From Eledone cirrhosa (lineage: Eukaryota), in NCBI GenBank assembly GCA_964016885.1, contig OZ024744.1:4154001-4218000 (forward strand): a DNA stretch of 64,000 nt, given 5' to 3'. A model generated the notes under the pieces. That model saw only the letters and a list, made by a program, of their open reading frames with translations, ran no database searches and was not told the origin of the DNA. Of this stretch, positions 11,501-24,544 are shown one piece after another (within the stretch, counting starts at the first letter, position 1; each line of letters opens with the position of its first letter). A program made the translations under genes and the position numbers.

Positions 11501-14500
11501 AGATAGCTTGGTGAAGAACGAAGTTTTTGGGGAAGACAAGGTAGAGAAAGAGAGCTTGGTGAAGAACGACGTTTTGATGAAAGACAAGGTAGAGAAAGAT
11601 AGCTTGGTGAAGAACGAAGTTTTGGGGAAGACAATGTAGAGAAAGATAGCTTGGTGAAGAACGAAGTTTTGGGGGAAGACAAGGTAGAGAAAGATAGCTT
11701 GGTGAAGAACGAAGTTCTGAGGGACGACAAGGTAGAGAAAGATAGCTTGGTGAAGAACGAAGTTTTGGGAGAAGACAAGGTAGAGAAAGATATCTTGGTG
11801 AAGAACGAAGTTTTGACGGAAGACAAGGTAGAGAAAGATAGCTTGGTGAAGAATGACGTTTTGTGGGAAGACAAGGTAGAGAATAGATAGCTTGGTGAAG
11901 AACGAAGTTTTGTGTGAAGACAAGGTAGAGAAAGATAGCTTGGTGAAGAACGAAGTTTTGGGGGAAGACAAGGCAGAGAAAGATAGATTGGTGAAGAACG
12001 AAGTTTTGAGGGATGACAAGGTAGAGAAAGATGACTTGGTGTAGAAAGAAGTTTTGGGGGAAGACAAGGTAGAGAAAGATAGCTTGGTGAAGAACGAAGT
12101 TTTGGGGGAAGACAAGGTAGAGAAAGATAGCTTGGTGAAGAACGAAGTTTTGGGGGAAGACAAGGTAGAGAAAGATAGCTTGGTGAAGAACGAAGTTTTG
12201 AGGGAAGACAAGGTAGAGAAAGATAGCTTGGTGAATAACGAAGTTTTGGGAGAAGACAAGGTAGAGAAAGATAGCTTGGTGAAGAACGATGTTTTGAGGG
12301 AAGACAAGGTAGAGAAAGATAGCTTGGTGAAAAACGACGTTTTGAGGGAAGACAAGGTAGAGAAAGATAGCTTGGTGAAGAACGAAGTTCTGAGGGAAGA
12401 CAAGGTAGAGAAAGATAGCTTGGTGAAGAACGAAGTTTTGGGAGAAAACAAGGTAGAGAAAGATATATTGGTGAAGAACGAAGTTTCGACGGAAGACAAG
12501 GTAGAGAAAGATAGCTTGGTGAAGAATGACGTTTTGTGGGAAGACAAGGTAGAGAAAGATAGCTTGGTGAAGAACGAAGTTTTGTGTGAAGACAAGCTAG
12601 AGAAAGATAGCTTGGTGAAGAACGAAGTTTTGGGGGAAGACAAGGTAGAGAAAGATAGCTTGGTGAAGAACGAAGTTTTGGGGGAAGACAAGGTAGAGAA
12701 AGATAGCTTGGTGAAGAACGAAGTTTTGAGGGAAGACAAGGTATAGAAAGATAGCTTGGTGAATAACGAAGTTTTGGGAGAAGACAAGGTAGAGAAAGAT
12801 AGCTTGGTGAAGAACGATGTTTTGAGGGAAGACAAGGTAGAGAAAGATAGCTTGGTGAAGAACGACGTTTTGAGGGAAGACAAGGTAGAGAAAGATAGCT
12901 TGGTGAAGAACGACGTTTTGTGGGAAGACAAGGTAGAGAAAGATAGCTTGGTGAAGAACGAAGTTTTGGGGGAAGACAAGGTAGAGAAAGATAGCTTGCG
13001 AAGAACGAAGTTTTGGGGGAAGACAAGGTAGAGAAAGATAGCTTGGCGAAGAACGAAGTTTTGGGGGAAGACAAGGTAGAGAAAGATAGCTTGGTGAAGA
13101 ACGACGTTTTGAGGGAAGACAAGGTAGAGAAAGATAGCTTGGTGAAGAACGAAGTTTTGTATGAAGACAAGCTAGAGAAAGATAGCTTGGTGAAGAACGA
13201 AGTTTTAGGGGAAGACAAGGTAGAGAAAGATAGCTTGGTGAAGAACGAAGTTTTGGGGGGAAGACAAGGTAGAGAAAGATAGCTTGGTGAAGAACAAAGT
13301 TTTGGGGGAAGACAAGGTAGAGAAAGATAGCTTGGTGAAGAACGAAGTTTTGAGGGAAGACGAGGTAGAGAAAGATAGCTTGGTGAAGAACGAAGTTTTG
13401 GGGGAAGACAAGGTAGAGAAAGATAGCTTGGTGAAGAACGAAGTTTTGGGGGAAGACAAGGTAGAGAAAGATAGCTTGGTGAAGAACGACGTTTTGAGGG
13501 AAGACAAGGTCGTGAAAGATAGCTTGGTGTAGAACGAAGTTTTGGGGAAGACAATGTAGAGAAAGATAGCTTGGTGGAGAACGAAGTTTTCGGTGAAGAC
13601 AAGGTAGAGAAAGATAGCTTGGTGAAGAACGAAGTTCTGAGGGAAGACAAGGTAGAGAAAGATAGCTTGGTGAAGAACGAAGTTTTGGGAGGAGACAAGG
13701 TAGAGAAAGATATCTTGGTGAAGAACGAAGTTTTGACGGAAGACAAGGTAGAGAAAGATAGCTTGGTAAAGAATGACGTTTTGTGGGAAGACAAGGTAGA
13801 GAAAGATAGCTTGGTGAAGAACGAAGTTTTGTGTGAAGACAAGCTAGAGAAAGATAGCTTGGTGAAGAACGAAGTTTTGAGGGAAGACAAGGTAGAGAAA
13901 GATAGCTTGGTGAATAACGAAGTTTTGGGAGAAGACAAGGTAGAGAAAGATAGCTTGATGAAGAACGAAGTTTTGGGGGAAGACAAGGTAGAGCAAGATA
14001 GCTTGGTGAAGAACGAAGTTTTGAGGGAAGACAAGGTAGCGAAAGATAGCTTGGTGAATAACGAAGTTTTGGGGGAAGACAAGGTAGAGAAAGATAGCTT
14101 GGTGAATAACGAAGTTTTGGGAGAAGACAAGGTCGAGAAAGATAGCTTGGTGAAGAACGAAATTTTGAGGGAAGACAAGGTAGAGAAAGATAGCTTGGTG
14201 AAGAACGACGTTTTGAGGGAAGACAAAATAGAGAAAGATAGCTTGGTGAAGAACGACGTTTTGTGGGATGACAAGGTAGAGAAAGATGACTTGGTGAAGA
14301 ACGAAGTTTTGGGGGAAGACAAGGTAGATAAAGATAGCTTGGTGAAGAACGAAGTTTTGGGGGAAGACAAGGTAGAGAAAGATAGCTTGGTGAAGAACGA
14401 CGTTTTGAGGGAAGACAAGGTAGAGAAAGATAGCTTGGTGAAGAACGAAGTTTTGGGGAAGACAATGTAGAGAAAGATAGCTTGGTGAAGAACGAAGTTT

Positions 14501-14676
14501 TGGGGGAAGACAAGGTAGAGAAAGATAGCTTGGTGAAGAACGAAGTTCTGAGGGAAGACAAGGTAGAGAAAGATAGCTTGGTGAAGAACGACGTTTAGTG
14601 GGAAGACAAGGTAGAGAAAGATATCTTGGTGAAGAACGAAGTTTTGACGGAAGACAAGGTAGAGAAAGAGAGCTTG
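8155..14676 (+). repeat. Tandem 68-monomer (~3260 bp) duplication
   Basis: ORFs 8391/11651, 8794/12054, 9496/12756, 10310/13571; shared in-frame TAG variants at 8782/12042, 9484/12744, 10269/13530, 11335/14596. Confidence 0.92.
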
Positions 14677-17600
14677 CGAAGAACGAAGTTTTGGGGGAAG
14701 ACAAGGTAGAGAAAGATAGCTTGGTGAAGAACGAAGTTTTGTGGGAGGACAAGGTAGAGAAAGATAGCTTGGTGAAGAACGACGTTTTGAGGGAAGACAA
14801 GGTAGAGAAAGATAGCTTGGTGAAGAACGAAGTTTTGACGGAAGACAAGGTAGAGAAAGATAGCTTGGTGAAGAATGACGTTTTGTGGGAAGACAAGGTA
14901 GAGAAAGATAGCTTGGTGAAGAACGAAGTTTTGGGGGAAGACAAGGTAGAGAAAGATAGCTTGGTGAAGAACGAAGTTTTGGGGGAAGACGAGGTAGAGA
15001 AAGATAGCTTGGTGAACAACGAAGTTTTGGGGGAAGACAAGGTAGAGAAAGATAGCTTGGTGAAGAACGAAGTTTTGGGGGAAGACAAGGTAGAGAAAGA
15101 TAGCTTGGTGAAGAACGAAGTTTTGGGGGAAGACAAGGTAGAGAAAGATAGCTTGGTGAAGAACGACGTTTTGAGGGAAGACAAGTTAGAGAAAGATAGC
15201 TTGGTGAAGAACGAAGTTTTGACGGAAGACAAGGTAGAGAAAGATAGCTTGGTGAAGAATGACGTTTTGTGGGAAGACAAGGTAGAGAAAGATAGCTTGG
15301 TGAAGAACAAAGTTTTGTATGAAGACAAGCTAGAAAAAGATAGCTTGGTGAAGAACGAAGTTTTAGGGGAAGACAAGGTAGAGAAAGATAGCTTGGTGAA
15401 GAACGAAGTTTTGGGGGAAGACAAGGTAGAGACAGATAGCTTGGTGAAGAACAAAGTTTTGGGGGAAGACAAGGTAGAGAAAGATAGCTTGGTGAAGAAC
15501 GAAGTTTTGAGGGAAGACGAGGTAGAGAAAGATAGCTTGGTGAAGAACGAAGTTTTGGGGGAAGACAAGGTAGAGAAAGATAGCTTGGTGAAGAACGAAG
15601 TTTTGGGGGAAGACAAGGTAGAGAAAGATAGCTTGGTGAAGAACGACGTTTTGAGGGAAGACAAGGTTGTGAAAGATAGCTTGGTGAAGAACGAAGTTTT
15701 GGGGAAGACAATGTAGAGAAAGATAGCTTGGTGAAGAACGAAGTTTTGGGGGAAGACAAGGTAGAGAAAGATAGCTTGGTGAAGAACGAAGTTCTGAGGG
15801 AAGACAAGGTAGAGAAAGATAGCTTGGTGAAGAACGAAGTTTTGGGAGGAGACAAGGTAGAGAAAGATATCTTGGTGAAGAACGAAGTTTTGACGGAAGA
15901 CAAGGTAGAGAAAGATAGCTTGGTGAAGAATGACGTTTTGTGGGAAGACAAGGTAGAGAAAGATAGCTTGGTGAAGAACGAAGTTTTGTGTGAAGACAAG
16001 CTAGAGAAAGATAGCTTGGTGAAGAACGAAGTTTTGAGGGAAGACAAGGTAGAGAAAGATAGCTTGGTGAATAACGAAGTTTTGGGAGAAGACAAGGTAG
16101 AGAAAGATAGCTTGGTGAAGAACGAAGTTTTGGGGGAAGACAAGGTAGAGAAAGATAGCTTGGTGAAGAACGAAGTTTTGAGGGAAGACAAGGTAGCGAA
16201 AGATAGCTTGGTGAATAACGAAGTTTTGGGGGAAGACAAGGTAGAGAAAGATAGCTTGGTGAATAACGAAGTTTTGGGAGAAGACAAGGTCGAGAAAGAT
16301 AGCTTGGTGAAGAACGAAATTTTGAGGGAAGACAAGGTAGAGAAAGATAGCTTGGTGAAGAACGACGTTTTGAGGGAAGACAAAATAGAGAAAGATAGCT
16401 TGGTGAAGAACGACGTTTTGTGGGATGACAAGGTAGAGAAAGATGACTTGGTGAAGAACGAAGTTTTGGGGGAAGACAAGGTAGATAAAGATAGCTTGGT
16501 GAAGAACGAAGTTTTGGGGGAAGACAAGGTAGAGAAAGATAGCTTGGTGAAGAACGACGTTTTGAGGGAAGACAAGGTAGAGAAAGATAGCTTGGTGAAG
16601 AACGAAGTTTTGAGGGAAGACAAGGTAGCGAAAGATAGCTTGGTGAATAACGAAGTTTTGGGGGAAGACAAGGTAGAGAAAGATAGCTTGGTGAATAACG
16701 AAGTTTTGGGGGAAGACAAGGTAGAGAAAGATAGCTTGGTGAAGAACGAAGTTCTGAGGGAAGACAAGGTAGAGAAAGATAGCTTGGTGAAGAACGACGT
16801 TTTGTGGGAAGACAAGGTAGAGAAAGATATCTTGGTGAAGAAGGAAGTTTTGACGGGAGACAAGGTAGAGAAAGATAGCTTGCGAAGAACGAAGTTTTGG
16901 GGGAAGACAAGGTAGAGAAAGATAGCTTGGTGAAGAACGAAGTTTTGTGGGAGGACAAGGTAGAGAAAGATAGCTTGGTGAAGAACGAAGTTCTGAGGGA
17001 AGACAAGGTAGAGAAAGATAGCTTGGTGAAGAACGACGTTTTGTGGGAAGACAAGGTAGAGAAAGATATCTTGGTGAAGAAGGAAGTTTTGACGGAAGAC
17101 AAGGTAGAGAAAGATAGCTTGCGAAGAACGAAGTTTTGGGGGAAGACAAGGTAGAGAAAGATAGCTTGGTGAAGAACGAAGTTTTGTGGGAGGACAAGGT
17201 AGAGAAAGATAGCTTGGTGAAGAACGACGTTTTGAGGGAAGACAAGGTAGAGAAAGATAGCTTGGTGAAGAACGAAATTTTGACGGAAGACAAGGTAGAG
17301 AAAGATAGCTTGGTGAAGAACGAAGTTTTGAGGGAAGACAAGGTAGCGAAAGATAGCTTGGTGAATAACGAAGTTTTGGGGGAAGACAAGGTAGAGAAAG
17401 ATAGCTTGGTGAATAACGAAGTTTTGGGGGAAGACAAGGTAGAGAAAGATATCTTGGTGAAGAACGAAGTTTTGACGGAAGACAAGGTAGAGAAAGAGAG
17501 CTTGCGAAGAACGAAGTTTTGGGGGAAGACAAGGTAGAGAAAGATAGCTTGGTGAAGAACGAAGTTTTGTGGGAGGACAAGGTAGAGAAAGATAGCTTGG

Positions 17601-20600
17601 TGAAGAACGACGTTTTGAGGGAAGACAAGGTAGAGAAAGATAGCTTGGTGAAGAACGAAGTTTTGACGGAAGACAAGGTAGAGAAAGATAGCTTGGTGAA
17701 GAACGAAGTTTTGGGGGAAGACAAGGTAGAGAAAGATAGCTTGGTGAAGAACGAAGTTTTGGGGGAAGACAAGGTAGAGAAAGATAGCTTGGTGAAGAAC
17801 GACGTTTTGAGGGAAGACAAGTTAGAGAAAGATAGCTTGGTGAAGAACGAAGTTTTGACGGAAGACAAGGTAGAGAAAGATAGCTTGGTGAAGAATGACG
17901 TTTTGTGGGAAGACAAGGTAGAGAAAGATAGCTTGGTGAAGAACGAAGTTTTGTATGAAGACAAGCTAGAAAAAGATAGGTTGGTGAAGAACGAAGTTTT
18001 AGGGGAAGACAAGGTAGAGAAAGATAGCTTGGTGAAGAACGAAGTTTTGGGGGAAGGCAAGGTAGAGAAAGATAGCTTGGTGAAGAACAAAGTTTTGGGG
18101 GAAGACAAGGTAGAGAAAGATAGCTTGGTGAAGAACGAAGTTTTGAGGGAAGACGAGGTAGAGAAAGATAGCTTGGTGAAGAACGAAGTTTTGGGGGAAG
18201 ACAAGGTAGAGAAAGATAGCTTGGTGAAGAACGACGTTTTGAGGGAAGACAAGGTCGTGAAAGATAGCTTGGTGAAGAACGAAGTTTTGGGGAAGACAAT
18301 GTAGAGAAAGATAGCTTGGTGAAGAACGAAGTTTTGGGGGAAGACAAGGTAGAGAAAGATAGCTTGGTGAAGAACGAAGTTCTGAGGGAAGACAAGGTAG
18401 AGAAAGATAGCTTGGTGAAGAACGAAGTTTTGGGAGGAGACAAGGTAGAGAAAGATATCTTGGTGAAGAACGAAGTTTTGACGGAAGACAAGGTAGAGAA
18501 AGATAGCTTGGTGAAGAATGACGTTTTGTGGGAAGAGAAGGTAGAGAAAGATAGCTTGGTGAAGAACGAAGTTTTGTGTGAAGACAAGCTAGAGAAAGAT
18601 AGCTTGGTGAAGAACGAAGTTTTGAGGGAAGACAAGGTAGAGAAAGATAGCTTGGTGAATAACGAAGTTTTGGGGGAAGACAAGGTAGATAAAGATAGCT
18701 TGGTGAAGAACGAAGTTTTGGGGGAAGACAATGTAGAGAAAGATAGCTTGGTGAAGAACGAAGTTTTGGGGGAAGACAAGGTAGAGAAAGATAGCTTGGT
18801 GAAGAACGAAGTTCTGAGGGAAGACAAGGTAGAGAAAGATAGCTTGGTGGAGAACGACGTTTAGTGGGAAGACAAGGTAGAGAAAGATATCTTGGTGAAG
18901 AACGAAGTTTTGACGGAAGACAAGGTAGAGAAAGAGAGCTTGCGAAGAACGAAGTTTTGGGGGAAGACAAGGTAGAGAAAGATAGCTTGGTGAAGAACGA
19001 AGTTTTGTGGGAGGACAAGGTAGAGAAAGATAGCTTGGTGAAGAACGACGTTTTGAGGGAAGACAAGGTAGAGAAAGATAGCTTGGTGAAGAACGAAGTT
19101 TTGACGGAAGACAAGGTAGAGAAAGATAGCTTGGTGAAGAATGACGTTTTGTGGGAAGACAAGGTAGAGAAAGATAGCTTGGTGAAGAACGAAGTTTTGG
19201 GGGAAGACAAGGTAGAGAAAGATAGCTTGGTGAAGAACGAAGTTTTGGGGGAAGACGAGGTAGAGAAAGATAGCTTGGTGAACAACGAAGTTTTGGGGGA
19301 AGACAAGGTAGAGAAAGATAGCTTGGTGAAGAACGAAGTTTTGGGGGAAGACAAGGTAGAGAAAGATAGCTTGGTGAAGAACGAAGTTTTGGGGGAAGAC
19401 AAGGTAGAGAAAGATAGCTTGGTGAAGAACGACGTTTTGAGGGAAGACAAGTTAGAGAAAGATAGCTTGGTGAAGAACGAAGTTTTGACGGAAGACAAGG
19501 TAGAGAAAGATAGCTTGGTGAAGAATGACGTTTTGTGGGAAGACAAGGTAGAGAAAGATAGCTTGGTGAAGAACGAAGTTTTGTATGAAGACAAGCTAGA
19601 AAAAGATAGCTTGGTGAAGAACGAAGTTTTAGGGGAAGACAAGGTAGAGAAAGATAGCTTGGTGAAGAACGAAGTTTTGGGGGAAGACAAGGTAGAGAAA
19701 GATAGCTTGGTGAAGAACAAAGTTTTGGGGGAAGACAAGGTAGAGAAAGATAGCTTGGTGAAGAACGAAGTTTTGAGGGAAGACGAGGTAGAGAAAGATA
19801 GCTTGGTGAAGAACGAAGTTTTGGGGGAAGACAAGGTAGAGAAAGATAGCTTGGTGAAGAACGAAGTTTTGGGGGAAGACAAGGTAGAGAAAGATAGCTT
19901 GGTGAAGAACGACGTTTTGAGGGAAGACAAGGTCGTGAAAGATAGCTTGGTGAAGAACGAAGTTTTGGGGAAGACAATGTAGAGAAAGATAGCTTGGTGA
20001 AGAACGAAGTTTTGGGGGAAGACAAGGTAGAGAAAGATAGCTTGGTGAAGAACGAAGTTCTGAGGGAAGACAAGGTAGAGAAAGATAGCTTGGTGAAGAA
20101 CGAAGTTTTGGGAGGAGACAAGGTAGAGAAAGATATCTTGGTGAAGAACGAAGTTTTGACGGAAGACAAGGTAGAGAAAGATAGCTTGGTGAAGAATGAC
20201 GTTTTGTGGGAAGACAAGGTAGAGAAAGATAGCTTGGTGAAGAACGAAGTTTTGTGTGAAGACAAGCTAGAGAAAGATAGCTTGGTGAAGAACGAAGTTT
20301 TGAGGGAAGACAAGGTAGAGAAAGATAGCTTGGTGAATAACGAAGTTTTGGGAGAAGACAAGGTAGAGAAAGATAGCTTGGTGAAGAACGAAGTTTTGGG
20401 GGAAGACAAGGTAGAGAAAGATAGCTTGGTGAAGAACGAAGTTTTGAGGGAAGACAAGGTAGCGAAAGATAGCTTGGTGAATAACGAAGTTTTGGGGGAA
20501 GACAAGGTAGAGAAAGATAGCTTGGTGAATAACGAAGTTTTGGGAGAAGACAAGGTCGAGAAAGATAGCTTGGTGAAGAACGAAATTTTGAGGGAAGACA

Positions 20601-21960
20601 AGGTAGAGAAAGATAGCTTGGTGAAGAACGACGTTTTGAGGGAAGACAAAATAGAGAAAGATAGCTTGGTGAAGAACGACGTTTTGTGGGATGACAAGGT
20701 AGAGAAAGATGACTTGGTGAAGAACGAAGTTTTGGGGGAAGACAAGGTAGATAAAGATAGCTTGGTGAAGAACGAAGTTTTGGGGGAAGACAAGGTAGAG
20801 AAAGATAGCTTGGTGAAGAACGACGTTTTGAGGGAAGACAAGGTAGAGAAAGATAGCTTGGTGAAGAACGAAGTTTTGAGGGAAGACAAGGTAGCGAAAG
20901 ATAGCTTGGTGAATAACGAAGTTTTGGGGGAAGACAAGGTAGAGAAAGATAGCTTGGTGAATAACGAAGTTTTGGGGGAAGACAAGGTAGAGAAAGATAG
21001 CTTGGTGAAGAACGAAGTTCTGAGGGAAGAGAAGGTAGAGAAAGATAGCTTGGTGAAGAACGACGTTTTGTGGGAAGACAAGGTAGAGAAAGATATCTTG
21101 GTGAAGAAGGAAGTTTTGACGGGAGACAAGGTAGAGAAAGATAGCTTGCGAAGAACGAAGTTTTGGGGGAAGACAAGGTAGAGAAAGATAGCTTGGTGAA
21201 GAACGAAGTTTTGTGGGAGGACAAGGTAGAGAAAGATAGCTTGGTGAAGAACGAAGTTCTGAGGGAAGACAAGGTAGAGAAAGATAGCTTGGTGAAGAAC
21301 GACGTTTTGTGGGAAGACAAGGTAGAGAAAGATATCTTGGTGAAGAAGGAAGTTTTGACGGAAGACAAGGTAGAGAAAGATAGCTTGCGAAGAACGAAGT
21401 TTTGGAGGAAGACAAGGTAGAGAAAGATAGCTTGGTGAAGAACGAAGTTTTGTGGGAGGACAAGGTAGAGAAAGATAGCTTGGTGAAGAACGACGTTTTG
21501 AGGGAAGACAAGGTAGAGAAAGATAGCTTGGTGAAGAACGAAGTTTTGACGGAAGACAAGGTAGAGAAAGATAGCTTGGTGAAGAACGAAGTTTTGAGGG
21601 AAGACAAGGTAGCGAAAGATAGCTTGGTGAATAACGAAGTTTTGGGGGAAGACAAGGTAGAGAAAGATAGCTTGGTGAATAACGAAGTTTTGGGGGAAGA
21701 CAAGGTAGAGAAAGATATCTTGGTGAAGAACGAAGTTTTGACGGAAGACAAGGTAGAGAAAGCGAGCTTGCGAAGAACGAAGTTTTGGGGGAAGACAAGG
21801 TAGAGAAAGATAGCTTGGTGAAGAACGAAGTTTTGTGGGAGGACAAGGTAGAGAAAGATAGCTTGGTGAAGAACGACGTTTTGAGGGAAGACAAGGTAGA
21901 GAAAGATAGCTTGGTGAAGAACGAAGTTTTGACGGAAGACAAGGTAGAGAAAGATAGCTT
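14460..21960 (+). repeat. HOR duplication: ~14460-17690 repeated at ~18730-21960 (offset 4266 = 89 monomers minus 6 nt)
   Basis: ORFs 14598/18864, 15728/19994, 16897/21163, 17136/21402 match in length and nearly in sequence. Confidence 0.9.
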
Positions 21961-22869
21961 GGTGAAGAATGACGTTTTGTGGGAAGACAAGGTAGAGAAA
22001 GATAGCTTGGTGAAGAACGAAGTTTTGGGGGAAGACAAGGTAGAGAAAGATAGCTTGGTGAAGAACGAAGTTTTGGGGGAAGACGAGGTAGAGAAAGATA
22101 GCTTGGTGAACAACGAAGTTTTGGGGGAAGACAAGGTAGAGAAAGATAGCTTGGTGAAGAACGAAGTTTTGGGGGAAGACAAGGTAGAGAAAGATTGCTT
22201 GGTGAAGAACGAAGTTTTGGGGGAAGACAAGGTAGAGAAAGATAGCTTGGTGAAGAACGACGTTTTGAGGGAAGACAAGTTAGAGAAAGATAGCTTGGTG
22301 AAGAACGAAGTTTTGACGGAAGACAAGGTAGAGAAAGATAGCTTGGTGAAGAATGACGTTTTGTGGGAAGACAAGGTAGAGAAAGATAGCTTGGTGAAGA
22401 ACGAAGTTTTGTATGAAGACAAGCTAGAAAAAGATAGCTTGGTGAAGAACGAAGTTTTAGGGGAAGACAAGGTAGAGAAAGATAGCTTGGTGAAGAACGA
22501 AGTTTTGGGGGAAGACAGGGTAGAGAAAGATAGCTTGGTGAAGAACAAAGTTTTGGGGGAAGACAAGGTAGAGAAAGATAGCTTGGTGAAGAACGAAGTT
22601 TTGAGGGAAGACGAGGTAGAGAAAGATAGCTTGGTGAAGAACGAAGTTTTGGGGGAAGACAAGGTAGAGAAAGATAGCTTGGTGAAGAACGACGTTTTGA
22701 GGGAAGACAAGGTCGTGAAAGATAGCTTGGTGAAGAACGAAGTTTTGGGGAAGACAATGTAGAGAAAGATAGCTTGGTGAGGAACGAAGTTTTGGGGGAA
22801 GACAAGGTAGAGAAAGATAGCTTGGTGAAGAACGAAGTTCTGAGGGAAGACAAGGTAGAGAAAGATAGC

Positions 22870-24200
22870 TTGGTGAAGAACGAAGTTTTGGGAGGAGACA
22901 AGGTAGAGAAAGATATCTTGGTGAAGAACGAAGTTTTGACGGAAGACAAGGTAGAGAAAGATAGCTTGGTGAAGAATGACGTTTTGTGGGAAGACAAGGT
23001 AGAGAAAGATAGCTTGGTGAAGAACGAAGTTTTGTGTGAAGACAAGCTAGAGAAAGATAGCTTGGTGAAGAACGAAGTTTTGAGGGAAGACAAGGTAGAG
23101 AAAGATAGCTTGGTGAATAACGAAGTTTTGGGAGAAGACAAGGTAGAGAAAGATAGCTTGGTGAAGAACGAAGTTTTGGGGGAAGACAAGGTAGAGAAAG
23201 ATAGCTTGGTGAAGAACGAAGTTTTGAGGGAAGACAAGGTAGCGAAAGATAGCTTGGTGAATAACGAAGTTTTGGGGGAAGACAAGGTAGAGAAAGATAG
23301 CTTGGTGAATAACGAAGTTTTGGGAGAAGACAAGGTCGAGAAAGATAGCTTGGTGAAGAACGAAATTTTGAGGGAAGACAAGGTAGAGAAAGATAGCTTG
23401 GTGAAGAACGACGTTTTGAGGGAAGACAAAATAGAGAAAGATAGCTTGGTGAAGAACAACGTTTTGTGGGATGACAAGGTAGAGAAAGATGACTTAGTGA
23501 AGAACGAAGTTTTGGGGGAAGACAAGGTAGATAAAGATAGCTTGGTGAAGAATGACGTTTTGTGGGAAGACAAGGTAGAGAAAGATAGCTTGGTGAAGAA
23601 CGAAGTTTTGGGAGGAGACAAGGTAGAGAAAGATATCTTGGTGAAGAACGAAGTTTTGACGGAAGACAAGGTAGAGAAAGATAGCTTGGTGAAGAATGAC
23701 GTTTTGTGGGAAGACAAGGTAGAGAAAGATAGCTTGGTGAAGAACGAAGTTTTGTGTGAAGACAAGCTAGAGAAAGATAGCTTGGTGAAGAACGAAGTTT
23801 TGAGGGAAGACAAGGTAGAGAAAGATAGCTTGGTGAATAACGAAGTTTTGGGAGAAGACAAGGTAGAGAAAGATAGCTTGGTGAAGAACGAAGTTTTGGG
23901 GGAAGACAAGGTAGAGAAAGATAGCTTGGTGAAGAACGAAGTTTTGAGGGAAGACAAGGTAGCGAAAGATAGCTTGGTGAATAACGAAGTTTTGGGGGAA
24001 GACAAGGTAGAGAAAGATAGCTTGGTGAAGAACGAAATTTTGAGGGAAGACAAGGTAGAGAAAGATAGCTTGGTGAAGAACGACGTTTTGAGGGAAGACA
24101 AAATAGAGAAAGATAGCTTGGTGAAGAACGACGTTTTGTGGGATGACAAGGTAGAGAAAGATGACTTAGTGAAGAACGAAGTTTTGGGGGAAGACAAGGT
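22870..24200 (+). repeat. Local ~15-monomer (720 bp) duplication
   Basis: GGAGGAGAC..GATATC monomer at ~22891 and ~23611, followed by the same T, W, C-L series. The second copy lacks one monomer. Confidence 0.8.
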
Positions 24201-24544
24201 AGAGAAAGATAGCTTGGTGAATAACGAAGTTTTGGGAGAAGACAAGGTAGAGAAAGATAGCTTGGTGAAGAACGACGTTTTGAGGGAAGACAAGGTAGAG
24301 AAAGATAGCTTGGTGAAGAACGAAGTTTTGAGGGAAGACAAGGTAGCGAAAGATAGCTTGGTGAATAACGAAGTTTTGGGGGAAGACAAGGTAGAGAAAG
24401 ATAGCTTGGTGAATAACGAAGTTTTGGGGGAAGACAAGGTAGAGAAAGATAGCTTGGTGAAGAACGAAGTTCTGAGGGAAGACAAGGTAGAGAAAGATAG
24501 CTTGGTGAAGAACGACGTTTTGTGGGAAGACAAGGTAGAGAAAG

